From positions 1-29,203 of the forward strand of contig JBDGTS010000023.1 of the NCBI GenBank assembly GCA_042216675.1: a stretch of 29,203 nucleotides of DNA, read 5' to 3'. Source of the stretch: Halobacteriaceae archaeon (lineage in GTDB: Archaea > Halobacteriota > Halobacteria > Halobacteriales > Halobacteriaceae). Positions 1 through 7,264 of this stretch are shown in pieces. The translations under genes were made by a program, and so were the position numbers. How positions within the stretch are numbered: position 1 is the stretch's first letter; each line of letters opens with the position of its first letter. Below the pieces are notes generated by a model that was given only the letters and a program-made list of their open reading frames with translations, was not told the origin of the DNA and ran no database searches.

Positions 1-4
1 GCAG

Positions 5-88
5 TGCGAGGGAAGGGATTTGAACCCTCGGACCCCTTCGGGAGCGGATCTTGAGTCCGCCGCCGTTGGCCTGCTTGGCTACCCTCGC
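5..88 (-). tRNA. tRNA-Leu (anticodon CAA)
   Basis: Reverse complement reads GCGAGGGTAGCCAAGCAGGCCAACGGCGGCGGACT-CAA-GATCCGCTCCCGAAGGGGTCCGAGGGTTCAAATCCCTTCCCTCGCA. It has an acceptor stem GCGAGGG/CCCTCGC, a long variable arm, a T-loop TTCAAAT and no encoded CCA. Confidence 0.96.
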
Positions 89-115
89 ACGCACCGGACC
101 TTGCGGGGACGTGGT

Positions 116-121
116 GTTAAA
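116..121 (-). promoter_or_regulatory. TATA-like box of tRNA-Leu
   Basis: TTTAAC on the minus strand about 28 nt upstream of the mature tRNA 5' end. Confidence 0.55.
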
Positions 122-256
122 CGCCTCGGGTCGGAACAGGCGGAAAGGGAGGCGGGCAACAGCCACGGTTTTCCCTGACCACCGCCTGTGGGTGGCCGTG
201 AGGCACACAACGCGGTCCGGTGGCACAGGGGCACGGCGGAACGGAGTGACGGACCG

Positions 257-2050
257 ATGACGCGCGAGGTGGAAGCGCTCGACAGGGGTCTCGTCGCGGT
301 GGCCGTCGAGGAGGGCGTCTACGTCCGGTGGCGACTGCTCGGAACGGACCCCGAGGGCGTCGCGTTCAACCTCTATCGCGACGGCGAACGCGTGACCGAC
401 GCGCCAATCGAGGGTAGCACCGACTTCACCGACTCCGAGGGGACGGCCGACGCGGCCTACTCCGTCCGGCCGGTCGTCGACGGCGAGGAGGGCGACTCCT
501 CGAAGTCCGTCGCGGTGTGGGACGACCCACATCTCGACATCCCGTTGAACCGGCCCCCGGCGCGCGAGGGACCGGACGGCGAGACGGTCACCTATCACGC
601 CAACGACGCCAGCGTCGGCGACCTGACGGGCGACGGCTCCTACGACATCGTCCTCAAGTGGGACCCGTCGAACTCCAAGGACAACGCCCACGAGGGCCAC
701 ACCAGTCCCGTCCTCCTCGACGGCTACACGCTCGACGGCGACCACCTCTGGCGCATCGACCTCGGCCGGAACGTCCGCGCCGGCGCGCACTACACGCAGT
801 TTCTCGTCTACGACTTCGACGCCGACGGGCGGGCCGAGGTTGCCCTCCGAACGGCCGACGGAACGACAGATGGCGAGGGGGAAGTCATCGGCGACCCCGA
901 CGCCGACCACCGCGACGAGACGGGACGGGTCCTCGACGGCCCGGAGTTCCTGACCGTCTTCGACGGCGAGACGGGCGCGGCCGTCGAGACAATCGACTTC
1001 GAACCGGCGCGTGGCGACGTGGCGGACTGGGGCGACACCCACGGCAACCGCGTGGACCGGTTCCTCGGCGCCGTCGCGTACCTCGACGGCGAGCGTCCGA
1101 GCATCGTCACGTCGCGGGGCTACTACGACAAGACGGCGCTCGCGGCCTTCGACTTCCGCGACGGGGAACTCACTCAGCGCTGGCACTTCGACAGCGACGA
1201 GGGCAACGAGGACTACGCGGGACAGGGCAACCACCAACTCGCCGTCGCGGACGTCGACGCCGACGGCAAGGACGAAATCGTGTTCGGCGCGGCCGTCATC
1301 GACCACGACGGCACGGGACTCTACTCGACTGGCTGGGGGCACGGCGACGCCCTCCACGTCGGCGACTTCCACCCCGGCCGCGACGGCCTCGAAGTGTATC
1401 AGGTCCACGAGCACCACGAGGCGCCGTACGGCGCGTCGTTCCGTGACGCCGGCACCGGTGAACTGCTCTGGGGCGAGTACACCGGCACCGACACCGGCCG
1501 CGGGATGATTGCCGACGTGAACCCCGACCACGAGGGCGCGGAGTTCTGGGCGCCCGCGGGCGTCGGGCGGTGGACTGCGGACGGCGAGAAACTCGGCGAC
1601 CCCATCGACTCGGTGAACTTCGGCATCTGGTGGACCGGGGACCTGCACCGCGAACTCCTCGACCACGACTTCTCCCGCGAGGCGGGGTACGGCGTCGGCA
1701 AAATCGAGCGCTGGGACCACGAGGCCGCAGAACTGCGCGAACTCGTCCGCTTCTCCGGCACTCGCTCGAACAACTGGACGAAGGGGAACCCCTGTCTGTC
1801 GGGTGACGTCCTCGGGGACTGGCGCGAGGAGGTCATCTGGCGCACGCCCGACAGCGAGGCCCTGCGCCTCTACGTGACGACCCACGAGACGGAGCACCGC
1901 ATTCCGACGCTGATGCACGACACGCAGTACCGGACGGCCATCGCGTGGCAGAACGTCGCATACAATCAGCCGCCGCACCCGAGTTTCTTCCTCGGCGTCG
2001 GGATGGACGACCCGCTGGACCCCGACGTCGCACCGGTCGGTGAGGACTGA
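257..2050 (+). CDS. Rhamnogalacturonan lyase, polysaccharide lyase family 11 (YesW/YesX-like)
   Basis: Motifs EALDRGLVAV, NDASVGDLTGDG, LWRIDLGRNVRAGAHYTQFLVYDFD, WGDTHGNRVDRFL, GQGNHQL, GHGDALHVGD, GDWREEVIW and YNQPPHPSF. Start set at ATG 257 (GGAGTGA just upstream) rather than GTG 188. Confidence 0.92.
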   Translation: MTREVEALDRGLVAVAVEEGVYVRWRLLGTDPEGVAFNLYRDGERVTDAPIEGSTDFTDSEGTADAAYSVRPVVDGEEGDSSKSVAVWDDPHLDIPLNRPPAREGPDGETVTYHANDASVGDLTGDGSYDIVLKWDPSNSKDNAHEGHTSPVLLDGYTLDGDHLWRIDLGRNVRAGAHYTQFLVYDFDADGRAEVALRTADGTTDGEGEVIGDPDADHRDETGRVLDGPEFLTVFDGETGAAVETIDFEPARGDVADWGDTHGNRVDRFLGAVAYLDGERPSIVTSRGYYDKTALAAFDFRDGELTQRWHFDSDEGNEDYAGQGNHQLAVADVDADGKDEIVFGAAVIDHDGTGLYSTGWGHGDALHVGDFHPGRDGLEVYQVHEHHEAPYGASFRDAGTGELLWGEYTGTDTGRGMIADVNPDHEGAEFWAPAGVGRWTADGEKLGDPIDSVNFGIWWTGDLHRELLDHDFSREAGYGVGKIERWDHEAAELRELVRFSGTRSNNWTKGNPCLSGDVLGDWREEVIWRTPDSEALRLYVTTHETEHRIPTLMHDTQYRTAIAWQNVAYNQPPHPSFFLGVGMDDPLDPDVAPVGED

Positions 2051-2058
2051 GACGCTTA

Positions 2059-2081
2059 TAAACCACCCCCGATACTGGTGG
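2059..2081 (+). promoter_or_regulatory. Candidate promoter/operator motif copy A (TAAACCnnCCCCGATAnnnGnGG)
   Basis: TAAACCACCCCCGATACTGGTGG, identical at 17 of 23 positions to the minus-strand copy at 3340-3362. Confidence 0.55.
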
Positions 2082-2117
2082 GCCACACTGGTCGGAACGG
2101 GGCGTCTTCGATGGGAT

Positions 2118-2198
2118 ATGCGCGGACGTTCATCGACTGTCGCTCGCACGGGGTGCCCACCGCACGGAGAGATGGCCGCCCGGGGGGTGGACGCATGA
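2118..2198 (+). CDS. Possible 26-aa leader ORF (MRGRSSTVARTGCPPHGEMAARGVDA) coupled to the HTH_10 gene
   Basis: ATG at 2118 and TGA at 2196-2198, overlapping the next start as ATGA. Its ATG lies 37 nt from motif A, the same spacing as motif B to its gene. Confidence 0.3.
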   Translation: MRGRSSTVARTGCPPHGEMAARGVDA

Positions 2199-2896
2199 CC
2201 AGAGCTCGCCTCTCGGTGTCGGTGCCGGCGGGGACGTGGCGCGGCGACGCGTCGCGGGACGACCCCGAGGCCCGGTTCCGCACCACGGCGATGACGCTCG
2301 ACGGGGACACCGCCGTGGAAGTCGTCACCGTCTCCGGTCCGGCCCGCGACTGCCTCGCGTCCATGCGGGACCACCCGAGCGTGACGGCGGTGTCGGTCCT
2401 CGACGAGGCCGACGAGATAACCGTCGAAGTGGTGTCGGAGCGCTCACCGCTCCTTCGCGCGAGTGCCGAGTCCCGGGCCGCAGTCGAGACGCCGTTCGAC
2501 GTGGTGAACGGCGAGGCGACCATAGACGTCACCAGCACGCACGAGGGACTCTCGTCGTTCGGCGACGAACTGCGTTCGCGGGGCCTCGACTTCGTCGTCG
2601 AGTACGTGCAGTCGACTGCCGACGAGGGCGCCGCCCTCACGCCGTCACAGCAGTCCCTCCTGCTCACGGCCGTCGAGGAGGGGTACTACGAGACGCCCCG
2701 CCGGTGTACCCTCACGGACGTCGCCGAGGACGCCGGCATCGCGAAGTCGACGTGTAGCGAGACGCTCCAGCGAGTCGAATCCGCCGTCGTCGACCACTTC
2801 CTCCGAGACGCCCGCCTCTCCCTTCGGGACGAGTCGGGTCGGGGGGAGCCGACGCCGGAGCGGCGCGTTCCGGCGCCGGAGTGTCCGACGAACTGA
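2195..2896 (+). CDS. HTH_10 (bacterio-opsin activator-type HTH) transcriptional regulator
   Basis: C-terminal LTPSQQSLLLTAVEEGYYETPRRCTLTDVAEDAGIAKSTCSETLQRVE. N-terminus MTRARLSVSVPAGTW is typical of the family, with an SD-like GGGGGTG before ATG 2195. Confidence 0.88.
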   Translation: MTRARLSVSVPAGTWRGDASRDDPEARFRTTAMTLDGDTAVEVVTVSGPARDCLASMRDHPSVTAVSVLDEADEITVEVVSERSPLLRASAESRAAVETPFDVVNGEATIDVTSTHEGLSSFGDELRSRGLDFVVEYVQSTADEGAALTPSQQSLLLTAVEEGYYETPRRCTLTDVAEDAGIAKSTCSETLQRVESAVVDHFLRDARLSLRDESGRGEPTPERRVPAPECPTN

Positions 2897-2907
2897 TTCT
2901 CGGGGAG

Positions 2908-3303
2908 TTAGCCGCCGAACAGGCGGCCCGCGGACGGGAACGGCGACTCCGACTCCGTGTGCGCGAGGCTGAGCGTGATACCGCTCCCGCCGTCGATGGA
3001 GAGGCTGACGCTCTCGACACAGCAGGTGTACTCGCTGACGTGGTTCCCCGAGGAACGGACCCGCAGTTTCTCCTCGAGGAGGCCGGCGTCCGCGAGGGCT
3101 TCCACCTTGCGGTACGCCGTCGACTGGGGGATGTCGAAGCGCTCCCCGATTTCGGCGACGGTCAGGGCGTCGTCGACGGTGCCCGACAGGACGCGCCGGC
3201 AGTCTTCGTCGTCGAGGAGTTCGAGGACGCTGTCCATCTCGCCCGCGTCGGTGACGGTCCGTGGCTCTTCGCGTTGACTGTCTGCGAACTGGGACTGGCT
3301 CAT
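2908..3303 (-). CDS. Winged helix-turn-helix (ArsR-like) regulator
   Basis: VLELLDDEDCRRVL...LTVAEIGERFDIPQSTAYRKVEALADAGLLEE...GNHVSEY. Confidence 0.85.
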   Translation of the reverse strand: MSQSQFADSQREEPRTVTDAGEMDSVLELLDDEDCRRVLSGTVDDALTVAEIGERFDIPQSTAYRKVEALADAGLLEEKLRVRSSGNHVSEYTCCVESVSLSIDGGSGITLSLAHTESESPFPSAGRLFGG

Positions 3304-3339
3304 ATCTCTCTGAAGGCACTGCTGTGGCAGGGATGTATG

Positions 3340-3362
3340 CCCCTGCTATCGGGGAGGGTTTA
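3340..3362 (-). promoter_or_regulatory. Candidate promoter/operator motif copy B with CCCC-N7-GGGG inverted repeat
   Basis: Minus strand reads TAAACCCTCCCCGATAGCAGGGG, ending 37 nt before the ATG at 3303. Confidence 0.55.
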
Positions 3363-3372
3363 AGACAGTCGC

Positions 3373-4014
3373 TCAGGACCCCCGTTCGAGGAGGTCCCCG
3401 AACAGCTTGGACTGCGCCGCGAGGAGGTGTTCGGTGACCGTCGACGGGGAGACGCCGAGTTCGTCGGCGACGTCGGTGGCGTTCGCGTCCCGGGGGCGCT
3501 CGAAGTACCCCATCTCGTAGGCCGTCTGGAGCACCTCTAACTGGCGGTCGGTCAGTTTGCCACGGTCCACGAACACGGCGTCGCGGGGCGCCCCCTCGGT
3601 CGGCGCGCGGACGAGTCGCTGGATGTCCGCGTCGGGGTATCGCTCGCGCAAGTCGCCGACGACGGTCTGAAGCGACTCGAAGTCGCCCGCGTGGAACACG
3701 AGTTCCAGCGCTCCCCCGTCGGCGAAGTACCGATGGACGGGGATGCCGTACTCGCCGAGGCAGGCACAGGGGCAGTCCCCGTCGTGCGGGATGCGGTAGA
3801 GGTGTCGGTCGTCGTACGCGAACAGGGGGTCGTGGCCGTAGTCGTCCGGCACCGCCTCGGCGTCGACGAGAAACTCGGTCTGCACCGTGCCCGCCCCCGC
3901 GGCCATGGAGGTGGACACGTCTCTGATGACAGTGTCGGCCGCGGCGGCGAGGTCCGCGATGGGACAGACGGGCGGCGTCGGGAACCGGACCGTCACGCGA
4001 ATCCCGGCAGGCAT
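3373..4014 (-). CDS. DmsR/NarO-like Cys-containing HTH_10 transcriptional regulator
   Basis: N-terminal GIRVTV...VCPIA, central CPCAC, and C-terminal LTDRQLEVLQTAYEMGYFERPRDANATDVADELGVSPSTVTEHL. Confidence 0.88.
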   Translation of the reverse strand: MPAGIRVTVRFPTPPVCPIADLAAAADTVIRDVSTSMAAGAGTVQTEFLVDAEAVPDDYGHDPLFAYDDRHLYRIPHDGDCPCACLGEYGIPVHRYFADGGALELVFHAGDFESLQTVVGDLRERYPDADIQRLVRAPTEGAPRDAVFVDRGKLTDRQLEVLQTAYEMGYFERPRDANATDVADELGVSPSTVTEHLLAAQSKLFGDLLERGS

Positions 4015-4051
4015 CCGTGGGAAGTACCGCGCGTCACTACTTGAGTCTGTG

Positions 4052-4072
4052 GTTCTCGCGAACCGCGGGAAC
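4052..4072. promoter_or_regulatory. Inverted repeat upstream of the DmsR-like gene
   Basis: GTTCTCGCG-AAC-CGCGGGAAC (9-bp arms, 1 mismatch), directly upstream of a CTCAAGTA TATA-like element on the minus strand. Confidence 0.4.
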
Positions 4073-4099
4073 GGCGTCGAGAGGCGCTCCCGGCGCTGC

Positions 4100-4558
4100 T
4101 CAGGCCTCGGTCTCGGGGTCGAGTTCGATCCGGCGGCCGCTGACGGTCGACGGTTCGAGGACGTACAGTTGGATGTCGAGGTCGCTGCGGGCCTCGCCCC
4201 AGATCTCGAACAGCGGGCGTTTGGCCTCGCCGTACTGCTCGACGTGTTCGGGGGTAATCTCGTCGCGGTCGACCGGTTCGAGCGTTCCGGTCACGACGGC
4301 GCTCTCGTACTCCGTCTGTGCCTCCTCGTAGACGACGAGGCGGACCGTCGGTGCCCCCGAGAGGAACTCGCTCTTCTCGCTCTCGGGCGTGGAGACGAGT
4401 CGCATGTAGAAGCGGCGGTCGTCGGCGTCGTAGCCATACGAGATGGGAATCGCGTACGGGTCGTCGCCACGGGCGAGGGCCAGCACCCCAGTTTCGTGGC
4501 GACTGAGGAGCGCATCCGTCTCGGCCACCGTCATCTCCGTCTCTTGCTCCAGACCCAT
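4100..4558 (-). CDS. Pyridoxamine 5'-phosphate oxidase-like (split-barrel flavin-binding, NimA-like) protein
   Basis: ETDALLSRHETGVLALARGDDPYAIPISYGYD...SEKSEFL...YESAVVTGTL...VSGRR. Start reassigned to ATG 4558, with AATAAAG about 30 nt upstream. Confidence 0.88.
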   Translation of the reverse strand: MGLEQETEMTVAETDALLSRHETGVLALARGDDPYAIPISYGYDADDRRFYMRLVSTPESEKSEFLSGAPTVRLVVYEEAQTEYESAVVTGTLEPVDRDEITPEHVEQYGEAKRPLFEIWGEARSDLDIQLYVLEPSTVSGRRIELDPETEA

Positions 4559-4623
4559 TGTCGATACCAGAGATTCGTTCGGCGAAACTTTATTGTTGGC
4601 TATCTCGGCCGTCGCGAACGCCG

Positions 4624-4788
4624 TCACTCGGTGACCGATTCGTCCATCGGCGTGAACGCCCCCTCGGAGAGCGTCGCCCCGCAGACGACGCAGCCGTTCT
4701 CGACGAGTGCGTCCCGCATCGAGGCGTTCACCTCCATGGACTCGCCGCACTCCGGGCAGACGAAGACGTAGTCCTCACCGGCGCTCAT
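4624..4788 (-). CDS. Small CPxCG zinc-ribbon protein, 54 aa (not in ORF track)
   Basis: Manual translation gives MSAGEDYVFVCPECGESMEVNASMRDALVENGCVVCGATLSEGAFTPMDESVTE*. It has two CxxC pairs, acidic composition, GC3-rich codons and a TATA-like TTCATTTA about 30 nt upstream. Confidence 0.88.
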   Translation of the reverse strand: MSAGEDYVFVCPECGESMEVNASMRDALVENGCVVCGATLSEGAFTPMDESVTE

Positions 4789-4801
4789 CAGTACGAATGT
4801 G

Positions 4802-4820
4802 TTTACCCCCGGCGGGTAAA
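4802..4820. promoter_or_regulatory. Perfect inverted repeat TTTACCC-N5-GGGTAAA over the zinc-ribbon promoter
   Basis: 7-bp arms at 4802-4808 and 4814-4820, overlapping the TATA-like box. Confidence 0.45.
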
Positions 4821-4881
4821 TGAACCCTCTTGTTTCCCACGCGGCGGGAGTCCGAGGGACGGTTTAACGGCCGGTCCCGTC

Positions 4882-5367
4882 TCAGTCGCGTCGCTCGGCG
4901 TACGCCCGGTCCGTCGGGCCGCCGACGGGCCGGTCCCCGTCGAGCGAAATCCGCCAGTCGTCGATAGCGGGAGCGTCGTCCAGCGCCGCCCGCAACGCCG
5001 CTCGCACGTCCGCCACGTCGACGCCGTAGAAGTCGTCGGGAACCCCGCGGAGATACTTCAGCGCCGTCCGGAAGAGACTCCGCATCCCGTCGTCGTTTTC
5101 GTAGTCCACGCGCTTGTGAGCGCCCGCCGCGACTTGCACCATCCCGTGGGCGAAGGCGCTCTCGGTGGTCGCCTGCCCGTAGTTGAACCACTCGGCCTCG
5201 AAGCAGTCGTGGGCCTCGTGGTACGCGCCGGCGTTGTAGAGGCGGACGCCGTGGACGGCGGCCCGGCGGAGCGTGGCGTGCTCCCAGCGTCCCGTCTCGG
5301 GGTCCCACCCCGTCGGGGACCCCACTCTCGGCGGGCCGACGGTGGGGTCGTTCGTGTGTTCGTCCAT
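4882..5367 (-). CDS. DUF309 domain protein
   Basis: [21 protein letters not shown]...[12 protein letters not shown]...YGVDV. Start set at MDEHT (ATG 5367). Confidence 0.85.
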   Translation of the reverse strand: MDEHTNDPTVGPPRVGSPTGWDPETGRWEHATLRRAAVHGVRLYNAGAYHEAHDCFEAEWFNYGQATTESAFAHGMVQVAAGAHKRVDYENDDGMRSLFRTALKYLRGVPDDFYGVDVADVRAALRAALDDAPAIDDWRISLDGDRPVGGPTDRAYAERRD

Positions 5368-5452
5368 CGGTTCTCGAAACGGCCGGCCGACCCTTAGCGT
5401 CTGCGGCGCAGTCCGCAACCCAAAAGCGTCGGCGGGCCCCAGAACGGGACAG

Positions 5453-6235
5453 ATGCGAATCGAACGACGCGGTCAGGGGGACCCCGAGGTGGCCGTCGTC
5501 GGCGGAATCCACGGCGACGAACCGTGTGGCGTGCACGCCGTCGAGCGACTGCTCGCGGCCGACGAGGAGTTCACGCGCCCCGTCGCGTTCGTCATCGCCA
5601 ACGAACGCGCCGCCGAGGCCGGCGAGCGCTACGTCGACGCGGACCTCAACCGCGTGTTCCCCGGGGACCCGTCGGCCGACGCCCACGAGCGACGGCTGGC
5701 GGCGGACCTCGCGGCCGAACTCGCGGGCTGTACCGTGTTGGCGATTCACTCCACGCAGTCCCACGCCGAGCCGTTCGCCGTCGTGGACGGCATCGACGAC
5801 GTGGCGCGCGAACTCGTCCCGCAGCTTCCGGTGTCTGCAGTGGTGGACTCCGCGAACTTCGTCGAGGGGCGCCTGTTCGCCGCCGACGCGGACGTGGTGG
5901 AGGTGGAGGCCGGTCTGCAAGGCTCCGCCGCGGCCGCCGAGAACGCCCTCCGAATCACGCGAGCCTTCCTCACTGCGATGGGGGCACTCCCAGGCGACAC
6001 CGTCTCCCACGAGGTGCCCGCGTTTCGCCTGCTGCGTCGCCTCCCGAAGGAATCCGCCGAGGAGTACGAAGTGTTCGTCGAGAACTTCCAGCCAGTCGCC
6101 GCCGGCCAGACGTACGCCGCGAGCGACGGCCACGCACTCGTCGCCGACGAGGAGTTCTATCCGGTCCTGCTGTCGGCGTACGGCTACGCGGACGTGTTCG
6201 GCTACGCCGCGGAGCGAATCGGGGTACTGCCCTAG
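5453..6235 (+). CDS. Succinylglutamate desuccinylase/aspartoacylase family (M14-like) protein
   Basis: [26 protein letters not shown] and VEAG motifs. Start at ATG 5453. Confidence 0.88.
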   Translation: MRIERRGQGDPEVAVVGGIHGDEPCGVHAVERLLAADEEFTRPVAFVIANERAAEAGERYVDADLNRVFPGDPSADAHERRLAADLAAELAGCTVLAIHSTQSHAEPFAVVDGIDDVARELVPQLPVSAVVDSANFVEGRLFAADADVVEVEAGLQGSAAAAENALRITRAFLTAMGALPGDTVSHEVPAFRLLRRLPKESAEEYEVFVENFQPVAAGQTYAASDGHALVADEEFYPVLLSAYGYADVFGYAAERIGVLP

Positions 6236-6684
6236 CCTTCTGGCGGCGCGAACTCGACGTGCGTGAGGTCCCGGTCCAGCGCACACACGTCGTGTGGCGG
6301 GTCGCCGAGGACCTCCTGAATCTGGTACTCGCGGTCGAAGTCCGCGCCCTGTGGCACGCAGTACTCGTGGCTCGGGCACTCCGTGTGCGGGCAGGGACCC
6401 GCCAGCGACGCTGTACTGCCGGCGTAGGCGCCCTTCGCGGGGACGTTGACGGTGATGGGTGCCCGTTCGACTTCGACGGCGACGACTTCCCCGTCCGCGT
6501 GGACCGCGCAATCGAGGTGCTGGCCGCCTTCGCGGACAGCGGTGACGCGGTAGCGCACCCCCTCTTCGAGGTTGAGACACTGCTGACGGTACGGACAGCC
6601 CTCACAGTCGGGGGCGGGGCCGCGGAAGACGAACTCCGCGCCCTCCTCGGCGCGCCGCGGCGTCACCAGCGTGACGGTGGTCAT
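6232..6684 (-). CDS. UPF0179 family protein (Cys-rich)
   Basis: MTTVTLV...CEGCPYRQQCLNL...CAVH...CPHTECPSHEYCVP...C pattern. Confidence 0.85.
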   Translation of the reverse strand: MTTVTLVTPRRAEEGAEFVFRGPAPDCEGCPYRQQCLNLEEGVRYRVTAVREGGQHLDCAVHADGEVVAVEVERAPITVNVPAKGAYAGSTASLAGPCPHTECPSHEYCVPQGADFDREYQIQEVLGDPPHDVCALDRDLTHVEFAPPEG

Positions 6685-6709
6685 GTGTGGGCCGTCGGCG
6701 CCCGGTCGG

Positions 6710-7105
6710 TTAAGCGTCTCGCCCCGTCAGGTCGTCGAGTTCGTCGAGATACGCGTCGCGGGGCACCTGATACGCCGCGCGGTAGTCCACCTCGCCCGCG
6801 GCGAAGGCCCGCGCGACGGCCCGTGCGGCGTCGATGGCGTCGGCCCGGCGCGGTTCGCTGGCGTCGCAGTCGCGGACCCGCACCTCGGGTTCGAGGTACA
6901 GCGTCACGTGCCAGTCGGCGCTCGGTCCGCTTCCCGTGCCGGGGCGGCGGCGCTGGCCGGGCGACTGTCGACGGACGTACAACGTCGGCAGGCAGGGCGC
7001 CGGAAACGCGTCGCTGTCGAACACGTCGGGGCGATAAACCCAGATGAGGCGGCCGTCGCCGCCTTCGTTCCAGACGGTCCAGCCGGCCGGTGGCTCCTCG
7101 CTCAC
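6710..7105 (-). CDS. Conserved haloarchaeal hypothetical protein (DUF5820-like)
   Basis: PAGWTVWNE...YRPDVFDSDAFPAPCLPTLYV...WHVTLYLEPEV...YRAAYQVPRDAYLDELD. Start GTG 7105 is inferred (alternative 7126). Confidence 0.75.
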   Translation of the reverse strand: MSEEPPAGWTVWNEGGDGRLIWVYRPDVFDSDAFPAPCLPTLYVRRQSPGQRRRPGTGSGPSADWHVTLYLEPEVRVRDCDASEPRRADAIDAARAVARAFAAGEVDYRAAYQVPRDAYLDELDDLTGRDA

Positions 7106-7142
7106 GGCGCCGGGTTCGCGGGCCACCGGCTAAGCCCTGTCG

Positions 7143-7226
7143 CTACAGGCTGGCGATGGCGTACGCGATGGGCGACATCACCATCAACAGCACGAGGATG
7201 AGCGCGATGATTCGCTGTCGGTCCAT
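7143..7226 (-). CDS. 27-aa single-helix membrane peptide (not in ORF track)
   Basis: MDRQRIIALILVLLMVMSPIAYAIASL*. It has GC3-rich codons and a TTTAGG box about 25 nt upstream of the ATG, consistent with a leaderless gene. Confidence 0.7.
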   Translation of the reverse strand: MDRQRIIALILVLLMVMSPIAYAIASL

Positions 7227-7264
7227 GACCCGGGTTGGGACGCGAGCGCCTAAAGTGGCCGGGC

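Noticed and set aside
198-260. GTG-started 20-codon ORF ending in ATGA on the PL11 start
   Set aside because: Leaderless initiation in haloarchaea strongly favours AUG, and the SD-like GGAGTGA alone explains the PL11 start. Too weak to call.
6232-6235. Shared CTAG stop overlap of convergent genes
   Set aside because: Common in compact genomes and carries no further signal here.
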